A stretch of DNA of 64,000 nt from assembly GCA_047638695.1 (NCBI GenBank), contig JBLINY010000002.1, positions 11-64,010 of the forward strand, given 5' to 3'. Position 1 is the first letter of the stretch. Each line of letters opens with the position of its first letter. This document shows, one piece after another, positions 10,107 through 21,318 of this stretch. Made by a program: the position numbers and the translations under genes. This DNA is from Acidimicrobiales bacterium (GTDB lineage Bacteria > Actinomycetota > Acidimicrobiia > Acidimicrobiales > SZUA-35). Below the pieces are notes generated by a model that saw only the letters and a program-made list of their open reading frames with translations, was not told where the DNA came from and made no database searches.

Positions 10107-10985
10107 TCAGTGGACGATTTTGGCCAGTGCCAGCTCGATGATGTCGCTGGCGCCGGCATCTTTCAGGGCGGGAATCAACACGTTGATGTCCTGCTTCGGC
10201 ACAACCGTCTCGATCGCGTAGCCAGCTCCTCCGTGCAACTCGTTGACCGTCGGGGCCTTCATCGACGGCAAGAGATCGATGACGTTGCTCAGCGCTCCCC
10301 CATCATCGACGTTGAGCTTGACCAGCACCTTTGTGCGAGCCTCCAGAGATCCCTGGAGCAACGTGAGCAACTGTTCCATGGCGTGCCGCTTCTCAGGATC
10401 GGCATAGGAGACCGGGTTGGCAATGAACTCGGTGTAGCTGGTGAGAATGGTGTCGATGATCCGCAGACCGGCGGCACGGATGGCGCGACCCGTCTCGGTG
10501 AGATCGACGGCAACATCAACGATGTCGGGCACTTTCGCCTCGGTCGCGCCATACGACAGCCGGATGTCGGCGTCAATGCCAGCGTCGGCGAAGAAACGCG
10601 CCGTCAGCTCGGGGTACTCGGTTGACACGCGAACGCCTGCTTTGAGATCGGCGATCGACTCGATGGGCGAGTCTCCGGCAACGGCGACGACGAGTCGTAC
10701 CGGACTGGAGGTTGCCTTGGAGTACTTGAGCTCCCCGAGCGAAACGACGTCGCTGCTGGTTTCCTCCACCCAGTCGCGGCCCGTGATACCGAGGTCGAAC
10801 ATGCCCTCGGCGACGTAGACCGGGATCTCTTGCGGACGCAGGATGCGGACCGAGTCGACTCTTGGGTCGTTGATATCGGCTTTGTAGTCGACCTCGGAGC
10901 TGCGCTTGACCGTGAGATCGGCATCTTCGAACAACGCGAGCGTGGCCTTCTCGAGGGACCCCTTGGGGAGTACCAGATTCAACAT
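10107..10985 (-). CDS. hisG: ATP phosphoribosyltransferase (long form)
   Basis: 292 aa, MLNLVLPKGSLEKATLALFEDADL..., with a C-terminal regulatory domain. Confidence 0.95.
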   Translation of the reverse strand: MLNLVLPKGSLEKATLALFEDADLTVKRSSEVDYKADINDPRVDSVRILRPQEIPVYVAEGMFDLGITGRDWVEETSSDVVSLGELKYSKATSSPVRLVVAVAGDSPIESIADLKAGVRVSTEYPELTARFFADAGIDADIRLSYGATEAKVPDIVDVAVDLTETGRAIRAAGLRIIDTILTSYTEFIANPVSYADPEKRHAMEQLLTLLQGSLEARTKVLVKLNVDDGGALSNVIDLLPSMKAPTVNELHGGAGYAIETVVPKQDINVLIPALKDAGASDIIELALAKIVH

Positions 10986-11020
10986 GCGCTCACGCTACCG
11001 GACCTACTAGCTTCCGATTC

Positions 11021-12040
11021 ATGTCGAGTGTCACGCAGTCTTCCTCTCCCACCCCTCCCGCAGAAGAAATCTTGGAGGCCGACCGGGCAATCTGCGATCC
11101 CCATCACCATTACTGGCATCATCCGAAGCGGCCCTACCTACTCGAAGATCTCCACGGCGATACCAGTTCGGGTCACAACGTCGTGAGCACCGTGTTCGTC
11201 GACTGCGGCGCTGAATATCGCACCGACGGACCCGAGGCACTCCGTCCCGTGGGCGAGACCGAGTTCATCACCGAAGCGGCAAAGCGAAGCGAAACCAGCG
11301 ACGAGGCCACCATTGCGGCCATCGTCAGTTTCGCCGATCTGGCGCTCGGCGACGACGTTGAAGAGGTGCTCGCGGCACATGTTGCTGCCGCCGAAGGACG
11401 ATTCCGAGGCATCCGTCATGTCACCTCGTGGGATGCCAGTCCTGACCTGCACCCTGCACACACCAATCCCCCGCAAGGCCTCATGGGACACGACAACTTC
11501 CGGGCCGGTTTTGATGTGTTGGGCCGGATGGGCCTGTCGTTCGACGCCTGGCTCTATCACCCCCAGCTTTCGGAGTTGGTCGATCTGGCCCGCGAGCATC
11601 CCGAAACAACGGTGATACTCGACCACCTCGGCGGTCCGGTCGGGATCGGTCCATACCAGGGCATGCGAGATGAGGTACTAGCGGCCACACAAGAACCTTT
11701 GCGTCAGCTCGCCGAGATGCCACAGGTCTATATGAAGGTCGGCGGCATCGGCATGTCCCTGTTTGGCGATGCCTGGAACAAGATGGAGCAGCGACCAACA
11801 TCGGACCAGTTGGTCGAACGGTGGGGTGACCATCTCAACTGGATCATCGACACATTCGGCCCCGAACGGTGCATGTTCGAGTCGAACTTTCCGGTCGACA
11901 AGATCGGCATCGATTACGCGGTGCTCTGGAATGCCTTCAAGAAGATGTCGGCCCATCGCAGTGACGCCGAAAAAACCTGGCTATTCCACGACGCAGCAGC
12001 CGCCGCGTACCGGCTGCCAGCCATCGGGGCTGCGCAATAG
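11021..12040 (+). CDS. amidohydrolase-2 family metal-dependent hydrolase
   Basis: 339 aa. N-terminal CDPHHHYW metal motif; later ILDHLGGP and ESNFPVD are typical of PF04909-type TIM-barrel hydrolases. Confidence 0.8.
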   Translation: MSSVTQSSSPTPPAEEILEADRAICDPHHHYWHHPKRPYLLEDLHGDTSSGHNVVSTVFVDCGAEYRTDGPEALRPVGETEFITEAAKRSETSDEATIAAIVSFADLALGDDVEEVLAAHVAAAEGRFRGIRHVTSWDASPDLHPAHTNPPQGLMGHDNFRAGFDVLGRMGLSFDAWLYHPQLSELVDLAREHPETTVILDHLGGPVGIGPYQGMRDEVLAATQEPLRQLAEMPQVYMKVGGIGMSLFGDAWNKMEQRPTSDQLVERWGDHLNWIIDTFGPERCMFESNFPVDKIGIDYAVLWNAFKKMSAHRSDAEKTWLFHDAAAAAYRLPAIGAAQ

Positions 12041-12124
12041 GACCCGTCAGTTACAGGGTCCCCCACCAGACTTTGGGGGATTCCCACGATCGTTTGACAA
12101 GGCCCGAGGGTCGAAGCTCTTGTC

Positions 12125-12955
12125 ATGCTTCGCGACGCCACGACCTGGCTGCTCGATAACAACCTCCAGCTGCTCGTCACGGCAATCAGCTGCATCTTCC
12201 TCGTCGAGACCGCGGGGTTGTTGCCCCGCGGCCGTTCGATCGATCGCAGCCAGACAGCAAGATCTGCGCTCGCCGGATTCGCCTACCTCATCGGCAAGAT
12301 CGTCGGTACCAAGGCCTCGATTTTCGTGCTCTACATCTGGCTGTGGGAGAACTACCGACTGTTCGACATTCCCGTCTTCACCTGGTGGTCGTGGCTTGTC
12401 CTGTGGGTCATCGGCGACTTTGCCTACTACTGGATTCATCGAATGGAGCACTCAACCCGGCTGTTCTGGGCATCCCATTCGATTCACCACTCGTCCACAG
12501 ATTTCAATTACACGACGGCCGTACGGATGCCCTGGATGGAGATGTTCTACAAGCCGGTGATTGTGCTGTGGGCGCCACTACTTGGGTTCGACCCAATGAT
12601 GTATGCGGCCCTCGGAGCGCTGGCTTTGATCTTCGGGCAGCTTCAACACTCCGAGACTGTGGGCTCGCTCGGTGTGCTGGACAAGATCTTCGTGACCCCG
12701 GTGAACCATCGGGTGCACCACGCTTCGAACACCGAGTACCTCGATACGAACTTCGGCGCCTCGTTCATTGTCTGGGACCGGATGTTCGGCACCTACCAAG
12801 CCTTCGACGAGACCATCACCATTCGCTACGGGATCTTGCACGACAAAACTCGGGGCCGACTTATTGATGTCCTGACCGGAGGCTTTCCGCAGCTACTGAG
12901 CGATCTGCGCTGCCGACGGATCACCGGCCGACAGCTCTTCACGATGAACGCCTGA
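12125..12955 (+). CDS. fatty acid hydroxylase / sterol desaturase family membrane protein
   Basis: 276 aa with histidine boxes HRMEH, HSIHHSS and NHRVHH, plus several TM helices. Confidence 0.85.
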   Translation: MLRDATTWLLDNNLQLLVTAISCIFLVETAGLLPRGRSIDRSQTARSALAGFAYLIGKIVGTKASIFVLYIWLWENYRLFDIPVFTWWSWLVLWVIGDFAYYWIHRMEHSTRLFWASHSIHHSSTDFNYTTAVRMPWMEMFYKPVIVLWAPLLGFDPMMYAALGALALIFGQLQHSETVGSLGVLDKIFVTPVNHRVHHASNTEYLDTNFGASFIVWDRMFGTYQAFDETITIRYGILHDKTRGRLIDVLTGGFPQLLSDLRCRRITGRQLFTMNA

Positions 12956-13002
12956 CTTACCGCCGTGGTGTGCCGGGTACTGCCCCTCCCGAGGGTCGTC
13001 CT

Positions 13003-14262
13003 CTAGCTGCTGCCGGCTTCTTCGCTGAGATTTCCGATGATGTGACCCATGCGTTCCCGCTTGGTGCGCAAATATTCCAGATTCTCGGGCGTCGGCTCGG
13101 TTTCCAACGGCACTCGCTCGGTGATCTCGAGGCCGAAACCGTCGAGGCCGCCATACTTGGCCGGATTGTTGGTGAGCAGTCGCATGCTGGTGATTCCGAG
13201 ATCCACCAGCATCTGAGCGCCGACCCCGTACTCACGACTATCGGCGGGCAGGCCAAGCTCGAGATTGGCATCGACGGTGTCGAAACCCTCGTCTTGGAGG
13301 CTGTAAGCCCTGATCTTGTGGCCCAGTCCGATACCGCGTCCTTCGTGGCCCCGGAGGTAGACCAGGACACCTTCGCCTATCTCGGCGATCTGCTGCAGCG
13401 CTTTGTCGAGCTGCGGGCCGCAGTCGCAGCGGCGTGAGCCGAAGATGTCGCCCGTCAAGCACTCGGAGTGCACCCGCACCAGTACATCAGACTTCCCATC
13501 AGGGTCGCCCATAACGAACGCGATGTGCTGTTCCGGTTCGAGCACCGACTCGTAGACGACGGCCTTGAACTCTCCATGATCGGTAGGAATCCGAGCCTCG
13601 GAGACCCTGACCACGAGCTTCTCGTGGCGACGTCGGTACCGAACCATGTCAGCGATCGAGATGAACACCAGGCCGTGTTCTTTGCAGAACTCAACCAGGT
13701 CGGGAACCCGGGCCATGGTGCCGTCGGGCTTGACGATCTCGCACAACACACCACCGGGCTTGAGACCGGCCATGCGAGCCAGGTCGACGGCGGCTTCGGT
13801 GTGGCCGGCACGCTTCAGGACGCCGCCTTCGCGGGCCCGGAGCGGAAAGATATGCCCGGGCCGAGCCAGGTCGGCGCCTGTGGTCTGTGGATCGACCATG
13901 GCTCGAAGGGTGAGGGCCCGATCGTGGGCCGAGATACCGGTGCTGGTACCAGCTCGCAGATCGACCGTGACGGTGAACGCCGTGCGCATGACTTCGGTGT
14001 TCTCGGCCACCATCAGACGAAGGTCGAGCTCGTCGGCCCGCTCTTCAGTGACGGGCGCACAGATGACGCCGCTCGTGTGGTTCACGAAGAAAGCGATCTT
14101 CTCTTCCGTGGCGAACTCAGCCGCCATGATCAGATCGCCCTCGTTCTCGCGGTCTTCGTCATCGACGACCACAACGATCTCGCCTCGGCCAATGGCCGCG
14201 ATGGCGTCCTCGACCGAGTCGAACGGGCTATCGGCGTCTTGGTTCTGATCTACTGAGGTCAC
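13003..14262 (-). CDS. ribBA: bifunctional 3,4-dihydroxy-2-butanone-4-phosphate synthase / GTP cyclohydrolase II
   Basis: 419 aa with DRENEGDL (RibB) and CDCG...GRGIGL (RibA) motifs. Confidence 0.96.
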   Translation of the reverse strand: MTSVDQNQDADSPFDSVEDAIAAIGRGEIVVVVDDEDRENEGDLIMAAEFATEEKIAFFVNHTSGVICAPVTEERADELDLRLMVAENTEVMRTAFTVTVDLRAGTSTGISAHDRALTLRAMVDPQTTGADLARPGHIFPLRAREGGVLKRAGHTEAAVDLARMAGLKPGGVLCEIVKPDGTMARVPDLVEFCKEHGLVFISIADMVRYRRRHEKLVVRVSEARIPTDHGEFKAVVYESVLEPEQHIAFVMGDPDGKSDVLVRVHSECLTGDIFGSRRCDCGPQLDKALQQIAEIGEGVLVYLRGHEGRGIGLGHKIRAYSLQDEGFDTVDANLELGLPADSREYGVGAQMLVDLGITSMRLLTNNPAKYGGLDGFGLEITERVPLETEPTPENLEYLRTKRERMGHIIGNLSEEAGSS

Positions 14263-14852
14263 GAGCTCTCTCCTGCCGTCGGCCCGTGGCCTGCCAACAG
14301 TTTTTCTGCGTACTTGGCCATCACGTCCACTTCGATGTTCACCCGATCACCCACACCCTTGTGACCAAGAGTGGTTACCTCCGTGGTGTGCGGAATCACC
14401 GCAACGGTAAAGCCGTCGGCCGCAGGATCAACAATTGTCAGGCTGATTCCGTCGACGGTCACCGAGCCCTTCTCGACCAAATAGCGGTGCAGGCTGTCAG
14501 GAACGTTCACTTTCAGGTCGGGGGCAGGCGTGACGATCTCGCCGACCGCGTCGACGTGACCTTGGACGAGGTGGCCGCCGAGACGGTCTTCAAGCCTTAC
14601 CGGCCGCTCCAGATTAACCGGGTCACCGGGCTGCAGATCGCCGAGCTGCGTGCGGTCGTAGGACTCCTCGGTAACGTCGGCTTCCCACCAGCCCGCCTTG
14701 ACGTCCCAGGCGACCACGGTGAGACAGCATCCGTTCACGGCGATCGAAGCCCCGAGCGAGATGTCTCCAAGGACTTCAGTGCAATTCAGACGAAGTTTGG
14801 CCCCGTCACGGCTCTGGACCGAGCCGAGCTCTTCAACAATTCCGGTGAACAT
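14259..14852 (-). CDS. ribE: riboflavin synthase
   Basis: 197 aa, [10 protein letters not shown]..., with the internal duplication typical of riboflavin synthase alpha chain. Overlaps the ribBA start. Confidence 0.93.
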   Translation of the reverse strand: MFTGIVEELGSVQSRDGAKLRLNCTEVLGDISLGASIAVNGCCLTVVAWDVKAGWWEADVTEESYDRTQLGDLQPGDPVNLERPVRLEDRLGGHLVQGHVDAVGEIVTPAPDLKVNVPDSLHRYLVEKGSVTVDGISLTIVDPAADGFTVAVIPHTTEVTTLGHKGVGDRVNIEVDVMAKYAEKLLAGHGPTAGESS

Positions 14853-14870
14853 TACGATGACGATAGAAGT

Positions 14871-15887
14871 TCAAGCTCTCTTGAAGTCAATTCGAAGATC
14901 GTCGCCCAGCCGGGCGACCGTCTCCATTCGCCCTCTCGTGAGCTCCGCTATCGACGAGGCTCCGGCTTCGGCAAAGACCGGGTGGCCATCGTCTCCGCCC
15001 ATCAGGGCCGGCGCCAGGTAGAGAACGTAGTGATCGACAAGCCCCGCCCGATGAAAGGCCCCGGCTACCGCGGCCCCACCCTCCACCATGAGCTGGACCA
15101 CATCGCGAGCCCCCAAGTCGTCGAGAACCTCATCGAGAGACCCCTTCATCTCGAGACAAGGATGGACTGCTGCTGCGTCGGGCACCGATCCCAAGACCAC
15201 TCGCAGCGGTTCTCGGAGCGGCTGGCCGTCACCCGCGACTATGTCGCGGACGGTGAGGCGTGGATTGTCGGCCCGCACGGTCCCGGCACCCACCAGAATG
15301 GCGTCGGACTGGGCTCGGACCAAGTGGGCGTCAGCACGAGCTTCGGGGCCCGTGATCCACTGGCTGGTTCCATCCGCAGCTGCCGTACGGCCATCCAGGG
15401 TGCTCGCCAGCTTCAGCACCACATAGGGACGGCCCGTCCGGCGATGGTGCAAATAAGGTGCCAACTGAGCTTCAATCTCGGCTTCGCACACGCCACGAAC
15501 CACGGTGATGCCCGCCGCCTCCAGCTGCGCCCGACCACTGCCGGCAACGTGAGGATCGGGGTCATCGACGCCGTAAACGACCGTGCCAATCCCCGCCTCG
15601 ATGATGGCGTCTGTGCATGGACCGGTGCGGCCTTGGTGGCTGCACGGTTCGAGGGTCGAGTAAAGCGTTGCCCCCCGGCTCGAGGCTCCGGCTCGCTGCA
15701 ACGCTTCGCGCTCGGCGTGGTTGCCGCCGGGACGACGGGTGGAACCGGTATGCCTGGTTCCGTCATTGGTCACGACAACCGACCCGACCCACGGGTTGGG
15801 CGGGCTGATCAGTCGGCTCTGGGCCGCAGCTTCGATCGCGGTGGCCATGGCAGCGCCATGCTGCTCGTGTTCGTTCGTCGCAGCCAC
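14871..15887 (-). CDS. ribD: bifunctional riboflavin biosynthesis deaminase/reductase
   Basis: 338 aa with HAEREAL and PCSHQGRTGPC deaminase zinc motifs and a C-terminal reductase domain. Confidence 0.95.
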   Translation of the reverse strand: MAATNEHEQHGAAMATAIEAAAQSRLISPPNPWVGSVVVTNDGTRHTGSTRRPGGNHAEREALQRAGASSRGATLYSTLEPCSHQGRTGPCTDAIIEAGIGTVVYGVDDPDPHVAGSGRAQLEAAGITVVRGVCEAEIEAQLAPYLHHRRTGRPYVVLKLASTLDGRTAAADGTSQWITGPEARADAHLVRAQSDAILVGAGTVRADNPRLTVRDIVAGDGQPLREPLRVVLGSVPDAAAVHPCLEMKGSLDEVLDDLGARDVVQLMVEGGAAVAGAFHRAGLVDHYVLYLAPALMGGDDGHPVFAEAGASSIAELTRGRMETVARLGDDLRIDFKRA

Positions 15888-15889
15888 GT

Positions 15890-16366
15890 TCAGTGTGGTC
15901 GTCCACCGGCCAGAAGATCGATGGCGTGGGGCACCACGTCAAGAACAGCCTCGAGGGTCTCCACGCAGCCGTTTGTTGAACCGGGAGTGTTCAGAATGAG
16001 CGCTTGGCCTCGAGTACCCGCCAGCGCCCGGCTGAGTCGACCAAGACCGTCGGGATTGCACAGGCGCATGGCCTCGGCCAGGCCGGGGGCCTGCCGCTCG
16101 ACTGCCTCGAGTGTCCCTTCGGGGGTCAGGTCGCGGGGACCGAACCCGGTGCCGCCGGTCGTGACGATCAACCCGCTGAATCCGTCGGCGAGTTCGATGA
16201 GGGCGTCACGAACAGACTCGATGCCGTCGGCAATCTGGCGCCGTTCAATCACTTCGAATCCGGCCTCGACCAGGCGAGCGGCCAGCGCATCACCTGAACG
16301 GTCTTCCCGAGTGCCGGCGATGACGCCGTCGGACGCGGTGATCACTTTTGCAACCAGTGCCATCAC
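15890..16366 (-). CDS. MogA/MoaB-family molybdenum cofactor biosynthesis protein
   Basis: 158 aa. ITASDGVIAGTREDRSGDAL...TTGGTGFGPRD is the MoCF_biosynth domain signature. Ends 3 nt before the ribD start. Confidence 0.85.
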   Translation of the reverse strand: MMALVAKVITASDGVIAGTREDRSGDALAARLVEAGFEVIERRQIADGIESVRDALIELADGFSGLIVTTGGTGFGPRDLTPEGTLEAVERQAPGLAEAMRLCNPDGLGRLSRALAGTRGQALILNTPGSTNGCVETLEAVLDVVPHAIDLLAGGRPH

Positions 16367-16386
16367 TGCACTCTAGGGTTTGTCGG

Positions 16387-17523
<1,137 letters not shown>

Positions 17524-17597
17524 CACCGGTACCCTCACCGGTTCACGACCCCGCCATCCGCTCCGCCGATGCCGGGCTTCGAACTGGAGAGAGTTTC

Positions 17598-18806
17598 ATG
17601 CGCGTCCTTTTCGCCGATCCAATCGACGAATCTCGGCTTGGCCGACTCCGCTCTGCCGGGCACGACTGCGTCGTTGAGAACCTCACCGCCGCCGAGCTGC
17701 CAGGAGAGATCAGCGGGTTCGACACCCTCGTCGTCCGCAGCACCAAGGTCACATCCGACACCATTGCGGCCGCCGACCGCCTGGAGCTGATTGTCAGAGC
17801 CGGCGCAGGAATCGACAACATCGATCGAGCGAGCGCCTCCGCCGCCGGCATCTACCTGTGCAACGTCCCCGGGCGAAACGCGGTAGCGGTCGCTGAGCTC
17901 ACACTGGGTCTGCTGCTGGCCGTCGACCGGCACATTCCCGACGGCGTCGCTGATCTCCGTGCAAGCCGATGGGACAAAACCCGCTATGGGTCAGCCGATG
18001 GCCTCTCGGGCAAACACCTGGCCATCGTTGGACTCGGCGACGTCGGACTGGCGGTCGCCGAACGAGCCAAGGCCTTCGGCATGACTATCGGCGTCATCCG
18101 TAAGGACGAACGGTCACCCGCGATCAAAGCCAAGATCCGGGGCATCGGCATACGCCTTGCCGACGACCTTGACTCGCTGCTGGCCGAGGCTGACGTCGTG
18201 TCGTTGCACGTTCCGAAATCGCCAGACACCACCGGCCTCGTAAGCCGCAAGTTTCTCGCCGCCATGCCGGATGGTGCAATCGTCCTCAACACCTCGCGTG
18301 GCGATGTGATCAACGAGGCTGCATTGCTGGACGCGCTGAACACACGCGGTTTCCGAGCCGGACTCGACGTGTTCGCCGACGAACCGACCACCCCTACCGG
18401 TCCCTGGACTTCCCCCCTCGCCAGCCACCCAAGTGTCGTGGGTTCGCACCACATCGGAGCATCGACCCGGCAAGCTCAAGCCTCCGTGGCCGATGGTGTC
18501 GTTGAGGTGATCGAAGCGTTTATCGCTGGTGATCCTCCAAACTGCTTGAACATCGTGCAGAACCCGACGGACGCCCGTTGCCTAAGTATTCGCCATCTCG
18601 ACCGTGTCGGCGTTCTTGCCCAGATTCTCAACGTCCTCGGAAGAAGCGGGCTCAACGTGCAGCAGATGCAGAACCAGGTTTTTGAGGGGGGCAACGCGGC
18701 CGTGGCCACCATCAACCTGCACGGCGAAATCAGCAGGGCGTTGCTGGATCAGTTGCAAGCCATCGATGAAGTAATCTCAGCCATCGAAACGGGGGAAACA
18801 TCATGA
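17598..18806 (+). CDS. serA: D-3-phosphoglycerate dehydrogenase-like 2-hydroxyacid dehydrogenase with a C-terminal ACT domain
   Basis: The internal ATG at 17598 is preceded by GGAGAGAG. Sequence MRVLFADPIDE..., NAD motif GLGDVG, and C-terminal ACT-like LSIRHLDRVGVLAQILNVLGRSGLNV. Confidence 0.85.
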   Translation: MRVLFADPIDESRLGRLRSAGHDCVVENLTAAELPGEISGFDTLVVRSTKVTSDTIAAADRLELIVRAGAGIDNIDRASASAAGIYLCNVPGRNAVAVAELTLGLLLAVDRHIPDGVADLRASRWDKTRYGSADGLSGKHLAIVGLGDVGLAVAERAKAFGMTIGVIRKDERSPAIKAKIRGIGIRLADDLDSLLAEADVVSLHVPKSPDTTGLVSRKFLAAMPDGAIVLNTSRGDVINEAALLDALNTRGFRAGLDVFADEPTTPTGPWTSPLASHPSVVGSHHIGASTRQAQASVADGVVEVIEAFIAGDPPNCLNIVQNPTDARCLSIRHLDRVGVLAQILNVLGRSGLNVQQMQNQVFEGGNAAVATINLHGEISRALLDQLQAIDEVISAIETGETS

Positions 18807-20083
18807 CCACCTTTGTGCCCCTGGCTCTCCGTCTCGTCGATACCGATTGGGCCGACCGAGTCCCGTCTCCTGCCCACGATGCGCTCTCGCCCGACCAACG
18901 TCGGACCTTCCTCAAGGCCAACCCCGACTCCTATCTCACCGTCACCCGCTCGCCAGAAGACGTTGCCCCCGGCGAGAAGACCCGCTCGGCCGATGAAGTT
19001 CTCAGCGAGGGCCGGGTTGCCCTCGATCGCCTCATCGATCGAGCCACCTTTGGCATCGAACACCCGCCCCGCTTCTATGCCTACCGACTTCGGCTGAGCA
19101 ACCCCGACCGAGGCAACCACCAGCAGACCGGCATCGTCGGTGGCATTGCCCTCACCGATTACACCTCGGGCGAGCTACGGGTGCACGAGCAAGTGGAAGC
19201 CGACCGAACGCTTCACCTGGCCCGGCATCTCGGTGTCGTCGGTGCCCAGTCAAGCCCCCTCGCTGTTGCCCATCGTCCGTTGGCTTCGATCGATGCCCTC
19301 CTGTCTCGGGTGACTGTCACCGAACCGGCTGTCGTTGCCGTTGGTGGTGATGGCCTGGAGCAGACCGTGTGGGCCATCACCGAGCCGACAGACAACGAAA
19401 CCATCAGCGCCGCCCTGGCCAACAGCCCCACCTACATCGTCGACGGGCATCACCGGACGGCGGCTGGCCAGACGTACCATGCCGCAACGAAGACCCAGAA
19501 GTCGGGGTTGATCCTGGTCGCACTGTTCTCGACCGATCTGCTGTTGAACCGGGCGTTCCACCGCGTCATCAAGGGCCAGTCACTCTCCGCCCTGCGCGAG
19601 GCTGTCGGCAGTCGTTTGCGCTGGCGTGAATGCTCCTTCGAGGACGTCGAAGGAAGGGATCACGATGAGGTGGCGCTCTACGGCGACCGCCAGTGGGCAC
19701 TCTTGCAACTTCCGTTCTCAGCTGATGCACCGAGCAATGCCGTCGCGCCAAGCTCGGCCGATGCACCAAGCAGAGCCACCGATCCCGCCCTGGCACTCGC
19801 CAACCTTGATCCGGTCCGCCTCGACGAACAGCTCTTGCGGCCGATTCTCGGGATCGACGCCACGGACGCGGGCCGACGGATCTCGTACCGGGCAGGCACG
19901 GCCGATCTTCGTGTCCTGGCGAAGGGCCTCCGTAGCCGCGAGTCAGTCCTGTGCGTCAACCGGGCTGTGCCGATCGATTTGTTACTCGATGCGGCCGACG
20001 CTGGCCTCGTCATGCCACCCAAGTCGACCTATTTCGAACCAAAGGTGCGCTCGGGCGTGTTCGTTCGCTCGATCACTGATTGA
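18803..20083 (+). CDS. DUF1015 domain-containing protein
   Basis: 426 aa. The YIVDGHHRTAA motif and overall length match DUF1015. Its start overlaps the serA-like stop (ATGA). Confidence 0.8.
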   Translation: MTTFVPLALRLVDTDWADRVPSPAHDALSPDQRRTFLKANPDSYLTVTRSPEDVAPGEKTRSADEVLSEGRVALDRLIDRATFGIEHPPRFYAYRLRLSNPDRGNHQQTGIVGGIALTDYTSGELRVHEQVEADRTLHLARHLGVVGAQSSPLAVAHRPLASIDALLSRVTVTEPAVVAVGGDGLEQTVWAITEPTDNETISAALANSPTYIVDGHHRTAAGQTYHAATKTQKSGLILVALFSTDLLLNRAFHRVIKGQSLSALREAVGSRLRWRECSFEDVEGRDHDEVALYGDRQWALLQLPFSADAPSNAVAPSSADAPSRATDPALALANLDPVRLDEQLLRPILGIDATDAGRRISYRAGTADLRVLAKGLRSRESVLCVNRAVPIDLLLDAADAGLVMPPKSTYFEPKVRSGVFVRSITD

Positions 20084-20093
20084 CTTGGCGGCC

Positions 20094-21302
20094 ATGCGCC
20101 TGCTCGATCGCACCCTCTCCGTCGAACTCTCTCCGATCGCCGCTGCGTACGCCCATCTCGCACGCCGTACCAGTACGAAACAGCTCCTTGATCTGTCGCA
20201 GGCAGCTCCCAGCTACCCGACGGCCGACATCATCGCCGACCGGATCGCCGAAGTAGCGCACTCGGCCGACGGAGGCCGCTACGCCCCCTCCCCCGGACTG
20301 CCAGACCTACGTGCCGCCCTGGCCGACGAGCTGAACACCGATCACCAGGTGTCGGCACCTCGGCAGACCCTCAGTAGTGAAGTCGGCGCGAACAATCCGC
20401 TCAGCGCCAACAATGTCCAGATCACGGCCGGGTGTAACCAAGCGTTCTGCGCCATCGCCACCACACTGGCCGAGCCCGGTGATGAGTTCATCGTTCCTGT
20501 TCCCTATTACTTCAACCACGACATGTGGTTGAAGCTCGAGGGCATCGTGCCCCGCTACCTCTTCTCGGGCGACGACCAGTTGCCCGACCCTGCCAAGGCG
20601 GCGAGCCTCATTAACGACAAGACCCGCGCCATCGTGCTGGTCTCGCCCGCAAACCCGACCGGCGCCATCGTCCCACCGGCCACCATCGACGCCTTCTTCG
20701 AGCTGGCCGAACGCCACAACCTGGCGTTGATCCTCGATGAGACCTACCGCAACTTCCGCGGCACCGACGAGCCCTCACACCAGCTCTACAGCCGACCCAA
20801 CTGGGATCAGACGCTGGTGACCCTGCACAGTTTCTCCAAAGATCTCGCCATTCCCGGCTATCGGGTGGGTGCCATCGTTGGCAGCGAAGCCCTTACCGCG
20901 GAGGCATTGAAGGTTCTCGACTGCGTCGCCATTTGTGCACCGCGGGTTGGGCAGGAAGCGGCCCTGGCCGGTCTTCAGCTGGCCGGCGATTGGCGTCGGG
21001 CCCAGGCCGAACGCATCGGGGCCCGTTTACAGATCTTCCGCTCAACGATGGAAGGCCAGCCTGGGGGATTCGAACTCATGGCCTCCGGAGCCTTCTTCGG
21101 CTGGGTCCGTCACCCGTTCACGGACGACGCAGCTCCCTCGGTGGTCGAGCGACTGGTTCTCGAACACGATCTGCTGGTGATTCCTGGCACCGCGTTCACA
21201 CCAACCGACGACCATTGGCTTCGGTTCAGCTTTGCCAATCTCGAGCCCGACGACTTCCCGCTGCTCGCAGAGCGCCTCGAGCACGCAGCCGCCACCTGGT
21301 GA
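20094..21302 (+). CDS. class I/II PLP-dependent aminotransferase
   Basis: The track ORF 19626-21302 overlaps the DUF1015 gene. ATG at 20094 (MRLLDRTLSVE...) gives 402 aa with PANPTG, DETYRNF and SFSKDLAIPGYRVG motifs. Confidence 0.88.
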   Translation: MRLLDRTLSVELSPIAAAYAHLARRTSTKQLLDLSQAAPSYPTADIIADRIAEVAHSADGGRYAPSPGLPDLRAALADELNTDHQVSAPRQTLSSEVGANNPLSANNVQITAGCNQAFCAIATTLAEPGDEFIVPVPYYFNHDMWLKLEGIVPRYLFSGDDQLPDPAKAASLINDKTRAIVLVSPANPTGAIVPPATIDAFFELAERHNLALILDETYRNFRGTDEPSHQLYSRPNWDQTLVTLHSFSKDLAIPGYRVGAIVGSEALTAEALKVLDCVAICAPRVGQEAALAGLQLAGDWRRAQAERIGARLQIFRSTMEGQPGGFELMASGAFFGWVRHPFTDDAAPSVVERLVLEHDLLVIPGTAFTPTDDHWLRFSFANLEPDDFPLLAERLEHAAATW

Positions 21303-21318
21303 GCTAAACCGCTCGCAA

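Noticed and set aside
14286-16376. 696 aa plus-strand ORF, the longest ORF in this region
   Set aside because: It runs antisense through ribE, ribD and the mog-like gene, all of which have clear family motifs. Its translation is Arg/Gly/Pro/Ala-rich low complexity, typical of shadow ORFs in high-GC DNA.
19626-20093. N-terminal 156 codons of the 558 aa ORF
   Set aside because: They overlap the DUF1015 gene in another frame. The aminotransferase homology begins at the ATG at 20094.
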